From positions 29,760,001 through 29,824,000 of the forward strand of contig CM022670.1 in the NCBI GenBank assembly GCA_012295275.1: a DNA stretch of 64,000 nt, written 5' to 3'. Below are positions 1 through 15,100 of this stretch, one piece after another. The stretch's first letter is position 1. Every line of letters starts with the position of its first letter. The DNA is from Chrysomallon squamiferum (Eukaryota; Animalia; Mollusca). Under the pieces are notes generated by a model. That model ran no database searches and had not been told where the DNA came from. It saw only the letters and a list, made by a program, of their open reading frames with translations. Position numbers and translations under genes: made by a program.

Positions 1-13
1 GGATAAAACTTAC

Positions 14-146
14 TTTAGAGTCTTTGTAACAAGATAGTCTTGACTGGATAAACTTGAAAGACATTTTCTTAAGTTTCTTATCACCTGGTGCAGCACACTT
101 TAATTCTCCAAACAGTGAAACACCTGGCTGATACTGGAAAAGACAT

Positions 147-191
<45 letters not shown>

Positions 192-3100
192 TATGTATGG
201 TGTATATATGTGGTCATCATCATCATTATTACGAAGGTACAATGATCACCACCAACTGATTAAACTTTGAATGTAAACACAATAAAATAAAAACTTCAAA
301 TTAACTGATCAACAACTGCTACTTAAATAAAACATTCTTTAAAGGACTAAAAAAACAAAAAAAAAAAAAAAAAAACAGCTTAAATATATAATTATTCAGC
401 TAATAGCTAATATATATATATTTCAGTAGCAAAGAAGTTTTTGAACTGTATAAACTGCCCAAAAACATGTCATTCAGCAATCAGTTAAAGCAAGTGAGTA
501 AAACTGAATGGTACCCTGAAATCCATTCGTTAATTATTTGGTCAGATAAAAATAAAGACAAGATCAAACAAAACATTAACTAACAGCATTGGCAATGTCT
601 TTCAGAGTTTGGCTCGACTTGACAATAAACTTAGCTTCTTTTGTAATGTCATCTTCCCAGTGTTGCCAGTCCAACATTGCAAACAGCGGGTTTTCACTGG
701 ACAACATTGGACGTTCTGAAAAAAATAATAATAAAGAAATAATGGAAACTAAAATTTAAAAAAAATACAAATAAAATTAAAACATCTTCATAGATTTTGA
801 TATATCAGACATGACTTGAATAATGAAACTATGAGCAGATTGCAGAGTGAAGATCCTGCTGTAAGTGTTATTGTGTTTTAAATCCTACCTATTGCACCTC
901 GTTTAAGCACCTCATAAATAACAAAATCTTCTGACTTGTGTAGTCGTCGTTGTAGACGATTCAGGACATCTTCTGCAGTATCTTCACTGTGCACCTGTAA
1001 AACAGTTTTACAAAATATAATCAAAGAATAAGATCAAACAAAAAGGTATTATATTAAAGGTAATTTCCTTTACAGCAAAATCTCAAATTCTGAAGAGTCA
1101 TACTTCTAAAAGTATTCATCATACAAAAGTAAAATATCATATTTTGAAACATGACCAAACCTTTAAAAAAAAAATTAATACCAGTTTTTATCAAAACCTC
1201 AACCTACTGAGTTACAAAATCTCAACCCACTGAATGGATAAAGGATGACCCATAAACAATAGATGAAAAGAGAATTTTAGTTTTTCATGGCTATTTGTTG
1301 CCATGAAAACATATTAATGGTAGAATTGCCAGAAATAATACTTCAATTATTTTCGAAAAGCATCACCTGTTACTTATGATAGGAATAAAATTAAGTATAA
1401 ATAAATAAAAAGAAAAGAACTGAATTTACAAGATTTAAACAATTACTTACTGTCTCATTAAGACTTTGTCCGTTGCTGTCCATAACATGGAAAGGAATCA
1501 TCATATGACTGATCACATTAGACTGAAAAGAGGAGGAAACAATTCATATGAGTAACATACAAGCTACATTTTATGCTAAATCATTGTATTTAACAATGAT
1601 ACAACAAGAGGCTTTAATCAAAAACAACATGCATGCACACACAAACACACACGTACACCGTATATAATTCTGATTTTAAATTTCCTATACATCATAATAA
1701 ACTAATGTATTTATCAGTCTATTAATTTTTAAGTCTTTATAATAAAACTATTAATTCTATCTATAATTTTGAAAACATTAATATTCAAATCTTAGACTTG
1801 TCCTGTATTTTCTACGTTTAACACATTAGTTATAGTCCCTACAGTTTTAATTATTTATGTTTATTTTAAATTTTATTTTTGTTTATTTTTTATACAATGG
1901 TACATATGAAACCTTACCTACTCAACTTGGGATTAAGTTCATTTAGAGACTTTTGAACTCTACATTGAAGAAATTGGCCATGTTTATTCACAATTGTTCA
2001 TGATTACCCAGCTTTGATTAATTACATCTTTACACCTAACCAAGCTATGGATCAAACTGAAGTGTATGACAAGAAATAAAAAATACTTGTGTAACTCCAT
2101 ACCACCACTTTGTGATGTAAGGGTTAAAAATATGTGTGTATATGTTATTGTAAGATACAGAAAATATTTACCACAGGCCTGCCAGAATGTTCTAAGTTGA
2201 CAGCAGCTATTTTGGCAGCAGCTTCATCAATGACATTGTCTTTGTGATTATCACTAGCCTGAATCTGTAAACATTAAAATAAAACAATAAAACTAAGATT
2301 TAGTATTTAAGAATGTCAAAAACAACAGCTTGCACACAAATATTTAAAAATGACTTCCTAGTGTTTGCATAATAAATTTAAAATAACTTATTACAATTTG
2401 CATTTATACATTTCAAAATGACTTAATACTGTTTGCTGTTTTCAACAATGGCTTCTAAGAATAAAAGAAATATCAATTCTATATGAAAAGTAAACAGCAG
2501 AGTAAAAAAAATAAAATAAAATAAAGAGACAGAACATACAGATTTGGGATTTTGAACTCTTTGGGAATCATTTTCAGCTACTCTATGAACTTTAATGATT
2601 AATTCATAAATCAGCAGTTTGTAAGAACATTTTAATTCTGAACATGCTATATGAACATTTTCTCAGAAATAATTTACGACAATGTTTAAAATAGCTTCTT
2701 TTTAGAATCATAACCACAGAATGAAGACTTAAAACAACAGTCTGCATAATAATGTATAAAAACAATAATAAAAGCTTTATTTTAATAGTATTTAAGATCA
2801 TTTTAGAATTTAAATTACTATTGAAATACAACATTTTCACAAAAAAGATTTTACAAGAACAGTTTATAAAACAAAAACCCAACTTTGAATAATTTTATTG
2901 AAAATTCTAAAACTGCATTCAAGATGGTTATAAAAATTGAATTATTAATGAAATACAATCTCACATCAAAGATGTAGTCTCGATTCTTTATGAGATCAGT
3001 AACAACAGCCATCTCCAGTGGCAGACCAGCTGCATGTGCATGATCCTACAAGGGAAATAACAGATATAGGTAACAACAAAGATAGAAAATGTTTTGTTTA

Positions 3101-6100
3101 ACACTCAACATATTTTTATTTATGGTTATATACTGTAGGTAAGAAACATTTAGATAATGAGATTCCACTGCACCTTGAGCAGACTTTCTTTCTCAAACCA
3201 TCTTCAAACTCTTATTTACCTTTGGTTTGACACCCAATAACTAATATGTTTTCTTGCTGGGGTATTATTAAACATTCATTTATTCATTCATTTTAAACTC
3301 TTTTTAAGTGGTATAAAGAAGCTCCAAAATGCAGATAAGATTATCAATTATGTATAATTCATTATAATCATGTAAAAAAATAATTAACATCTTTACATTA
3401 TCAGAATCTGTTCTCATTAATGAAGGAGCAAAGCATGTAGCTAGGTTTTCCACACTCATACTGTTTGTCTGAAAATTCTGTGAAACTCTGAAAAATGTTA
3501 AAAATACAATTTTTCGCACATTGTTATATTCATCTAATTCAGATAACAGGCCTCAAAATATTATAAAATATTATATATTCAATAAAAAAAAGATAATTAA
3601 AAGGTTAAAATAAATAAATAAAACCAATAAATAAATAAATAAATCAATAAATAAATTAATTAATTAATTGTTAAAAATGAGAACAATCTTTCTTACTACT
3701 GCATTATACAGGATAAAAAAAATAAAAAATAAAAAATCCAAAGATAAAGAATAATTTTTATTTTTACATTATATTATGTGATATAAAATAAAATAATAAA
3801 ATAAAGTCAAGTGAAGTCAAGTTCACTCAAGTCAAGTCTAGTCAAGATTAGTCTAATATAGTCAAGTAAATTAAAATAAAATAAAATAAAATTAATACAA
3901 AGTGGAACCAAAAATATGAGAATTACCATTGATGTAAATGATTGCATCCATGTGCTAAACTATTTATTTATCTTACACATTTTCTTAACTGCAAGTAAAG
4001 CACATGAACAGAAGTTAATTATTTTACATCAATTCTGATTTCTTTCTTGTTCAAGAATGCTGACTCTCTTTCAAACTGTAATCTGTTTATTTTAGATATT
4101 TGTCTTAGTTGCTGGTGAAGTAAAACTCCAGGGATATCAGAACTGAAATATGTTATATTACTTGAAAATAATTTAGATTTCTTGTTTCTCCCAAGATGTT
4201 CTGTAACAAAGTTCTTATAATTATTTTGCTACTGAATTATCTTAATTTTAAGAAAAGATATGCATATTTCATACTGTTCTCTGTAATCTAATAATAAATA
4301 ATTACTTGCAAAGATGCAGTATCAATTTTTTCAGTGTGTTTTTATTCACCAGTGGCAACTTGTCTCTTAGATACCGATACCACGACAACTTGTTGTTCAT
4401 GTCTGTGGTACCTGAAATTAAACAACAATATATGAAAAAAAAAAAAAAAATTAAAATACAAGTCTGAACTTTTTGATACTACATAATTTATTAATACCAG
4501 TTGTAAAAAACAGTATCTTTATTTTATTTTTTTTAATTATAACTTTTCTTGTTTTCTTTCTTTCTTTATTTGTATATTTCATTTTTATTATTATTTCTTT
4601 TACAAAGATATTGTAAAGATAAGGAATGATTATTATAGATAACTGATATTTGAGATACATAACTATGTACATTTAGCACTTCTTATGAACTTCTAATTCA
4701 GACACGTCTTTTTAGTTTTTTAAATCTATTGCAAACACTTAATAATAATAAACAAAATATGACTTACTGGCAGTCCGTACCCATTCACTATAGAGATCTC
4801 GAGTAAACAAGGAATCTTCCAGTTGTCGAAAGAATCTTTTCAGAGCATTTGCTACCTCATTACACGTAGCTTCTTCCAGCTTAACTGAGTACACATCTGT
4901 AACATTACAGAGTCAAATCAGATTAAATTATGTATCTTCTAAGTAATTTATTTTACAGTAATGCTTCAACTTTAATTTTTCTTTAGCGATTGTTCATATT
5001 TTTAATCCAGGATAACATCTCTAAACAAGTTAATATGGCAATATGCAAATATCATCAAGAATTTCAGTTTTAATTAACCTTCTTTATTATTAACAAAGGT
5101 TAATTGATTGGAAAACCTAAGAATGGTTCTAAGGAATAAGCAGAACATATATTTAGGTTATTTATTCAAACAAATACCAACTCAAGTATGCATGATTTTC
5201 TTGAAATCCAAGATATTGCAACACTCACCTTGTTTTAGTCTCTCAAGTAAAGACTCAATTTTACTTCCAGTTGCACTTTCCCTGTATATGCCTTTATCCT
5301 TCAGTCCTAGATGAACAAAATAAAACACATGTTAATTTCTCTGACATTAAAGTTACTACATACATTTACAAAATTATCAAAACCTGAAAATATTTATATA
5401 TCAATAAGAATTTTTATAGCAATAATGGGTTTTTGTCTCTTTTTCAATTTTCATTCCTTTCTTTTTATTTGTTTAAGTTTATTATATGCAAAAGTTGGGG
5501 ATAACTTGAAAATACAAAATATGTTTAAGATATTTCTTGAGTTGGAAGAAAAATTCATAGAATTTAGATCAGTTCATCATCATGACTTTTTTCGCAACCC
5601 AATGTATCCCCAAGAAAGGTAATTTTAAATTATATTTACCATTAAGATGTATATATTCTATACAACGGCTAACAATGACTGGGACATCATCGGCAGTCAA
5701 CTGCTGGTCAGACAAGCTGGCTCCACTCATCTGGAATAAAACAGATTTATTTATTTATTTATTTATTATTTTTATTTATTATTTTATTATTGTGTTCCTT
5801 TTTAAAATCTATTGTTATAAATAAAAACAGTCAAATATGTCAGCTTATTAGTTTATAAACTGGCAGGCTAACAGCTTGGGAAGTATGAGAAAGAAAGAGT
5901 ATTATATTATAATGAATGTGAAAATTTGATGTAGTTATTTTGACTTACCTTAATTGCATTTTTAAGTGCATTGAATGCTCTTTCAGTATCTCTGACTAGA
6001 TCTGCCTGGAAGTACAAATGTCTGAAGAAAAGAAGTAAATTAAAAAATTAATAATAATAATTTTAGAACTATTTTAAACACATAAATACATACTAATACT

Positions 6101-9088
6101 TTTACATACTACATTAACTTACAGAGGATAAAGTTAAGCATAAATAGATAGATAGAAAGATAGATTGATAGATAGATATAGACAGTGGTTATTAATCTAA
6201 TAATACGAAAAATGATAACTATAGTTCAGTTTTACTTACCTTCCAGGTGTATCTATGACAAAGTGTTTGCCACTTTCCATACACTTGCTACAGCTTTCAG
6301 CATCAACATATTCTGATAATTTAAAGTAAAGGAAAGTAGGGTAAAGCTTAAACGTAATGGCTTAAAACAGAAAGATGTATTTATTATTTATTTAACTGAA
6401 TATGTTTTATTCATTTATTTACTAATTTACTTATTTATTAATTGTTTATTTATATGCATATTTTTTTTTTTATTTATAATTAACATTTAACTTACACCAA
6501 TATTATGGTAAAATAAAATAAATACTAACTGATTCCTTTTGCTTTCCGTAAGTCAACTGAGTCCAGCTCTGAGTTCTGTAACAAATAAAATCTAATTTAA
6601 ACCAAGAAGAAATTCAACTTTCTTTATAATAATTATGAAAACAAAAATGTGTCATACACTATGAATAATAATTTAAAGTTAAAAACAGTATTTCTTTATT
6701 TTTATAAATATAAGTATTAAATAACAATTTTATAACAATTATTAAGTAACAGTTTATTAATGAACACAGTTAAATAATTTTCCTGGCTGTAAAACATGCA
6801 TTCAGCACTAACTAGAAGAATTAATTAGTATACATTTGTTACATTAGTGTGTCATATTTTGGAGACTGAAACTAAGCAGGTTAAAAGTTAAAAGATGTCT
6901 ACTTACTGTTCCCACAAAGTGTAACACTCTCCAGTTAAGCATTAGCCAGGTTTTTGTCCATTCCTTAAAACAAACATGTAACTGTGTCTTCAACTATATA
7001 TCTTTCATTATTAATTGTTATAATACACAAAAACATCATATTCTATTTAATCATCTTTATTATTATCTAACATCTTTTTTTTCACAACTCTTATTCAATA
7101 CTAGCCATTCCATATAAATATATATGTATATGTATGTAATATTTTATATTGATTTACCACAATTTAGACTTCCAATATATTTTGTACGTTAATATGTCAT
7201 GTTTTCATTGATCTTGTATGCCATCTTGGTATTTTCTATTTCCAAAAAAGTTACATATTGAACTTAAATGGTGATGAACACCTTGGAATGCTGACAAGGT
7301 TAAATGTGTGTGAGGAAAAGTATATGAACTAAAATTTAATTTATATAACATTTAATATTATATGTAAAATTTGAAAAACATGATATTAAGATATCTCACA
7401 TCAGTAATAAGTGTCTTCATATAGAAATTGCCAGCCAAGCAGAAATCCATCATTCCTACATGGTCCATAACTGAGACAGGACAAATCAGCTGTAAAAATA
7501 AACATTATAAAATAAAAAAGGTTTTAAAAAATGCAATAATTATTGAATTAATAAGGGCATTTTTAGGATGTATAGTAAATAACATTTTAATAAACTGAAA
7601 AAAAAAAAAGACAATGCAATAGGACAAAAAAAAAAAGTTAAAAAAAAAAAGAAAGAAAAAAAGAAATTTATAAAAACAATAATAAAATAATAAAGAAATT
7701 GTTAGAATGATAAATTTTTTATAAATTACAAAATAAAATATTTACCCGTGCAATAGTTCTCATCCACATTCCCCTCTCAGCATTGTTCTCTGCTCCAAAC
7801 AGATAAATTCTGTTTGTTCCTTTTGTTGTACTCAGTTCAAAAGCAGCTATTTGTCTGTGAAAATTTTAACTCTTTAAATTAAAATCATGAAGAATACAGT
7901 AGAATATTTCCTTTCTGAACTATTCATTTATAATTTCAATTATAATCAAAGGGAAAAAAACATTCAAATACATGCACAAATATACTCACATTTAATCTGA
8001 TTTTCCAGTGAAAAGCTGTTTACTGATTTTAAATATTATGTATATAATCTATAATCGTTGTTTTGTGGGGGTTGGGGTTGGGTGGGGCTGGTTGTTTTGT
8101 TTTGTTATATTAAATGTGTGTGTGCATTCTGTCTGTATGTTTATCTGTTCAAGACATTATTGGTTATTTTATACTTTTTAAAAACCAACTTGAAATGTTT
8201 TATAATTATACTGATTAATTACAAATTAATTTCTTTCAGTTAAACATTTTATACATAACAAAAACAGAAATTTCATAGTCTTTCTCACTTGTCATTTCCA
8301 GCAGCAGTTTCCTGTAGACAGAGGATAGTCTTCCTGTCAATGCTGTCTTTTGACTTTGTACTCTGTAACAAACAGTGCAGAAATCAGCGACATATATATT
8401 TATTAATCACAGCAGATCAACATGTTTTCTGTTGTACTGGCATATGCATGTTTGTGTGTATGTTTTAGTTTGTGGGAGCTTTTAGATGAATCTTTGCAAA
8501 CTGGTGGAAAAATGAATCTGGTTAATTTTCAGGTGTATGTATCTGTTTGTATAAATTTTGATGGATGGATGATGTTTCTCAACTTGTTTCTCATACTGAA
8601 TGTCTTTCTCTGTGTGTGTGTGTGTGCGTGCGTGCGTGTGCGTGTGTTCATCTATATGTGGACAAACTTACAAGGAAAAAAGGAGAAAACAAATCTGCAA
8701 TTAATCAGTTACCATTTATCAGTAAACAACATCTTAAAAATGAATGTGTGCAAGCAATTATGTGTGCATTTGTGCATGCATGTTTGTGTAATGTATCTCA
8801 GCAGTATTTTTGTTGTTCTTTTTTTTCGTTCTCAAATTATATCTTAAAACCATGAAATAATAAAAGTAAAATAACGGAAAAGTAAAATAAAACACTAAAC
8901 TTCTACTGAAATCTGATAAAACTGATAAATTAAAAACATATAAGTATTCCGAAAGTAACAAATGAATAAAATTATGAAATCACTTTTAAAAAATATTATC
9001 AATACTACTTAATTTAGTTTTCTAAAAGGTTTTATTTAAATACAGTTGTAAAATATAATAATAATAATAATATTATTATTACTATTAC

Positions 9089-9121
<33 letters not shown>

Positions 9122-12100
9122 GAAGAAGAAGAAGAATGTAACTGTAAAACTGATATTATGAAGAAAAAATATATAAATATAAAAATACGAAAGTTTGGTA
9201 AACCATCCGGGCTGCCATGCATTAGAAACAATTATAGAGTCATGCAACTATTCCATATAATATAAACAGACATTAAACAAAAAGTGAAAAATTAAATAGG
9301 TTTAATAAAAAAAAAAAAAAATAAGTATACAATTTTACAGTAACAACAATATATTTCAAAGTAAAATGTGTGGCAGCATAGGATAACCAGTTGCATGGTG
9401 AAAATTACCAAAATTCAGGTTTTGGTGGAATAAGATAAATAACATTCTACATATCAGTGAATTACATTTCACGACATCTGACTGGTTATTCTAAGCTGCC
9501 ACACAAATCTCATTTTTATGAAATCACAGTAAACAAATATTACAAAACAAAAATTTTGCGACTTTTATCAAATAAACTGTAACATATATGTATACCCAAA
9601 CATGTTTTTCAAAAGCAACCATGATGTGTCAACATACATAAAGCAAAAAAAAAAAATAAAATAAAAAATAGATGAAAATAAAAGAAAGGAATCCCAATGA
9701 TGATGACTAAGAATAAAAATGAACAACATAGAAAGAAAGACAGAGATTTAAAAAAAATGCTTTAGACTGACCTAAACAAACAACAATATATATAGTTCCG
9801 TATGTGGCTTATACATCACTCACTAAAAATCAATATATAACAGTTTCAGTCACGACCTTTACATTTTGGTACTCCACATATCAAAAATGTAAATCAATAA
9901 AGAATAAAAACAATTTAAAAACTAATAATAAAAAAATCAAATCAAATCAAATGAAATTGAAAAATAAAACAAGTCAGGCCTCATGCTCATTGGATTTTAA
10001 TGCTTACTAAAAGTGAAGATGGAGAAAAGAAACAAACAACTCGAATCTGAAGAACAAACCAGTGAAATATATTATCGTGTTATTTTTAACCTTTAATATA
10101 TCTAGGCATATGACACCATCCAAATATATGAAGATAATGTCATCCATATTTCCAAAATGCATGCCTATTGTATTTTAACCTCAGATACTTATTTTTATTT
10201 ACCCTGCTGGGACCCCATGCAAAATATTTTTTCCATATATTGATCTGTATTGAGTTTGCATACCTTGCAGTTTTTGGTTATTTGTTTTTCCCTTTTTCCT
10301 ATAAAAGCTAACATAATGATGATAAATAATTATTATATAATATTCCTGACTTTTAACTTTTTATTTGAACAATGTAAAATATTAACAAATGTCAATGTAT
10401 TTTTTAAGATGCTAATTTTTCTCTTCTTTATTTTCTTTTAGGCAGTTTTCTAGATTGTTAATTAAAAAAAATTGGTATGACAGAATTTCCTAATGACTTC
10501 AACCGTAATGGAAACAACATCAAAGACAAAAAATAAAAATAAAACATACAAAATACAATAACAGTAACAAATGTTTTAAACTGCAAAATATGTAAACTCT
10601 TTTAACAAAGTGAAAAACTGAGATGGGGAAAAATATTTGAAATTCTGTATACCTTGTGGAAAATTTCACTCTGCAATAGTGTCATGTTATAACTTAGAAC
10701 AAAACCAACAGAAACAATGAAGAAATAAAAAGTCAACATAGTAAATAAAGATATTGAAATTTAAGATTAATGGAAAGCTTAGGTAGTGAACAGGATACTG
10801 GAATTAAGGAAATGAAAAAGGAAACATTTTAAACTACAGACCAAAAAATCAATGAATAAATAAAAATAAATGTGGGCTACAGTGCATTTATTGTTCTGCT
10901 GGGGTTTTTTGGGGGGGATGGGTTTTCCTCCAAAAATTATGTTCACTTTGCTTGCTTTTTTTTCATTTAATTTAATTTTTATTTATTACTAGGATTTTTA
11001 TATATTTAATTATAGTTTCCTTTTGTTGTTTGTAAAAATAAAAAAGGTACAAACCTCCACTTTTTCATAATATGTTAATGCACCATGCTCCAGAATACAC
11101 CATCTATTTTCAAATCCTGAGAAAAATAATACATAAGACTGTAATAATACTTGAACTATGCCATGGTCAGTTTCATAAATTAATGGACTGTGAAAGAAGA
11201 AAGAAAAATAAGCATACATTTAACCTCAACATGGACACTGTATGTTCCACCAAAAAAAGTCTTAACTATGTAAATAAATATGTTACTATACTATTTTTTC
11301 ACATAAAAACACCCTTTAATAAATATCTTGAATGTATAGTTTTATTATTTTCTCTAGTTCAGTGATAAATATATTTATTTACTGATAAAATTAAATATGT
11401 GTATTTTCTTATTATTTTTCACATTTTAAAATGTTACCCATAGTGCTAAATTTACAAATTATTTTATATTGGTTGGGAACTGAGTATAGAGATTTTTTAA
11501 TTATATATTTTGACTGATTAAATAAATGACACTACACTGTAAACTCACCTCTGTTGCTAGGACCAGTTTTCATTAAATGTCCCTGTAACCGAACATCTTC
11601 CCTTAGTCTTCCCTGTAACAAAAATAAATCAAAAGATTTTTAAATTAAATTATTAAACAAATAAATAATATGAAAATAAAATAAAAATTAAAACTGTTAT
11701 ATCAGTAGTATAGAATAATCTCAATTTTTCCACAGTATTTCAGTTTATCGGGATTTTAAATTCTTCTTCTTTTTAAATGAATCAATGAGATATTTAATGA
11801 CAAAGCTGCTAAAGCTTAACTAAAAATATATCAGGTGAATGTCTGAACTGACTGATTAATAAATGAAAAGAAATCTATGATACAAGAAATCACATTCCAT
11901 AGAATCTGTTAGATGAGTTGTGGCTGGAATGGAAAGATCTTTGATAATACAATCCATCATGACAGGCCCAAACATCACTGATGATACAATCCATTATGAC
12001 AGATCCAAAACTGACTGATCATACAATCCATCATGACAGGTTCAAAAATCACTAATTATATAATCCATTAGGACAGCTTCATAAATCATTGATTACACAA

Positions 12101-15100
12101 GATTCCTGACCATACAATCCATTATGGCAGCTTCAAAAAGCAAATGGTCATAAACACCAAGATCTTTCAACAATCTTTCTATCTGTACTGGGTTACTAAT
12201 AGCCAAATGATAATGAAGACAGTAATAATGTAGTGTTGAGAGTCAAATACTTACATCATCTGTGTCTTGTAGTTGTGACGAAGAACCTGAAATGCACAGT
12301 AAAATATTACCAAATATGTACTGTCAGAATTTAAAAAAACATATTTAAACATATGTTTTAGATATTTCAAAATTACAGAAGTTAGATAAAAAAAAATAAA
12401 AAAAAAAAGAATTATTAAAAATATAATGATAATGATGCTTATAATACTGGTGATATTAAACAGTGTACTGATGAGATGATTATGTTAATGATAATATGAA
12501 GGTTGAAAATAATAAGCCTTTTTTAACAATATTTACCTGCAAATGAAAACAGTTTTTTTATCATTAATAAAATGCTTTCTATAAATTAAAAAATATAAAA
12601 TGAATAATAAATATGACTTACTGTCACCTCCATTCTGATAGAGAAATTCCTAGAAGTAGAAATATAATATAACTGAAACTTAATTCATTACCTTCTAAAA
12701 TTTTAAGAACAAAGAAAAACAAAAATTTAAAATATGATTTCATTTTTCATCCACTCAAAAAAACATTAATAAATTTTACTTTATTAATTTACTTGATTTA
12801 TTTAATTATTTATATTATTATTATTATTAGACTTTCTAATGTTTATAAAATCATTCTGTGACAAAAAATAAATATTTCTAAATGACTTTATTATTTTATG
12901 ATTAGCAATGAATGGTTGCTTTAAAGATGTAAACAGTAAATTAAAGTATACAGATTTATTTAGACTACTTGTATTAGTAAAAAAAACCTTTAATATCTTC
13001 ATCTTACCATCACAAGTCTTTGGCCTGCTTCTTTCGCTATGTTGTATGCTAAAACAAATTAGAGTAGCAGTAGTAGTATTAATAACTAATAATAATTACA
13101 ATCATAACAAAAACAAGAACAACAATGACAACAACAACAACAACAACAATAATAGAAATAACTAACTGATAATAAAAATGAAAATCCATGGTATTTTCTT
13201 AATATCAGATATATTTTATTTTCTAATTTATTTCTCTTTATTATGTACCATACCAGTCAGGTCTTCATCTTTACAATCAGGTCTTTTGTATCGAATCTGA
13301 AAGAACAATTTATGTTTATTTATACAAATATATTAGATATCTAAACTAATAAATTATAAAACAATATCATCATAAAATTTATTAATAAATTACATTATAA
13401 TAGCTATCAAAGAATCGCTATTTCCTTCAAAAATCCACAACAGCCTTTAAAAATCTGAGAGATACTACATTTACTGATCACCTTTCTTTCTAAGATATAA
13501 ACATTTTTGGAGACCATAACCCCCATATTCCACCTGTCACTGAAAAAGCAGAAGGTAAACTGTATGTATCTAACTTGTGTCTTGTTAGAGGTAATTACAA
13601 CTAATTCTGGCAGATTTCTGATCAAGTTTTTCTTCCCAAGTATAAACACTATACATTTTTATAATCTGTTAATTGCTTCACTATGAGACTAGAAACATAG
13701 TAAACACACATACACATGTCACAGTCATTAAGACATTATACTGAAAGCCACTAATTACTACTATTCTTAACTACTTTAATTAATTTGGTACTGTTATACA
13801 TACAGTACAAGATATTTATAAATAATGCATTGTCATAGCTGGCTTGACCTGATCTTTGATGAATATTTTTGAAAATTACTGAAGTTAAATACTGTGTAGA
13901 TACATCAGTCTTTTAAAACTAGCCAAACTTTTTATATTTTACTAAGAGTTCTGGACTTATATAATATTATATACTACTGCTTGGTATGTGCAGCAGTGAG
14001 AGGTTAATATGAAAATCTAGACCAGTCATCTGGTAGCTTGAAACACAGATTTCTGGGTTTGGGACTAGTTTGAATTTACTTAAAATTTAAAATAAACAAA
14101 AAATTAAAGAATAAATTTGTATTCAGCAGATACAAATTCATAACGTTTTTAAGTCAGATAAATGGTAAGTTATTGGTGTATATTTTTGTCAATGATATGA
14201 AATAGCAAAACTGGATTTTCTTTTTGTGAAAATAAATGACAAAAATAAAATACAAAATTGAAGGAAACATCCTGGAGAAGGAAACTGAAGGAAACTATGC
14301 ACAGTAGTGTTAAATCAGGTTACATGAGTACTTACATTAGCTCCAGACAATAACACTGCCATCACATCTAGTAACTTGTCTGTCTGTGCTAACAGTAACA
14401 ACTCCTAAAAGAGAAATTCTTTTTACACTATGCTTCAAATACACACACAATAATGATGATAATGATGATGATATTGTATCAGAATCTACATATGTAAGCT
14501 ATCATATACATTTTTTTTTTTAATTCTTTTTTTTTAATTGCCATACTTTATTATTAGAAAAGGTTTATACTGAAGAGAGAAAAAACAATAATTTGGAACA
14601 ATATTATTTAACTACTTTACCTCATTAAGAATGCGAACATCATGCTGATGTTGATGAGGCCTAATGAATTTCTTTTCTTTGTATTTATCCTGAATAAACT
14701 GTTTTCTCTGAGTTTCAGAACAGTTCGACTCAATCTTCTGTTCTGCCAGCAGGTCAAATTCCCAAAAATTATTAGCATTAGCATTGCCTATTGAAATCAT
14801 CATCTGTAAACAAAGTAAAATATCTTTTCATTTCATTTCTTCATCATCATCATTAAAAGTGGTAATATTAGTAGATCCTAGATTTCAAAAATGGAATGGG
14901 TGCCATTTTTGTGTTGTGTTTAATTGTGTCATGTTATAGTATGTGTGTATGTCTGTATGTATATATGTATGTATGTATGTATGAATTTATTACTATTAAA
15001 ATAAAGAAAGTACAAACCTCTATTAAACTTGGAGTCCATACCCTGGTGTCCATTCTTAGAGATCTAATTTTAGAAATTCTGTAGTCAAACATTCTGTGAA

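Noticed and set aside
1918-1959. Possible extra ARAP exon with a TAG|GTAAGG donor
   Set aside because: Weak acceptor, in-frame TGA, and the flanking exons already join in phase.
8058-9247. ORFs rich in CV, HT or poly-I (also 18249, 21587-21874, 35157)
   Set aside because: Translations of (GT)n, (CA)n and (AAT)n microsatellites and AT-rich intron.
9484-9505. miR-22/745-like seed AAGCTGCCA in the hairpin arm
   Set aside because: Similarity is limited to the seed and the spacing between arms (about 90 nt) is too long for a canonical pre-miRNA.
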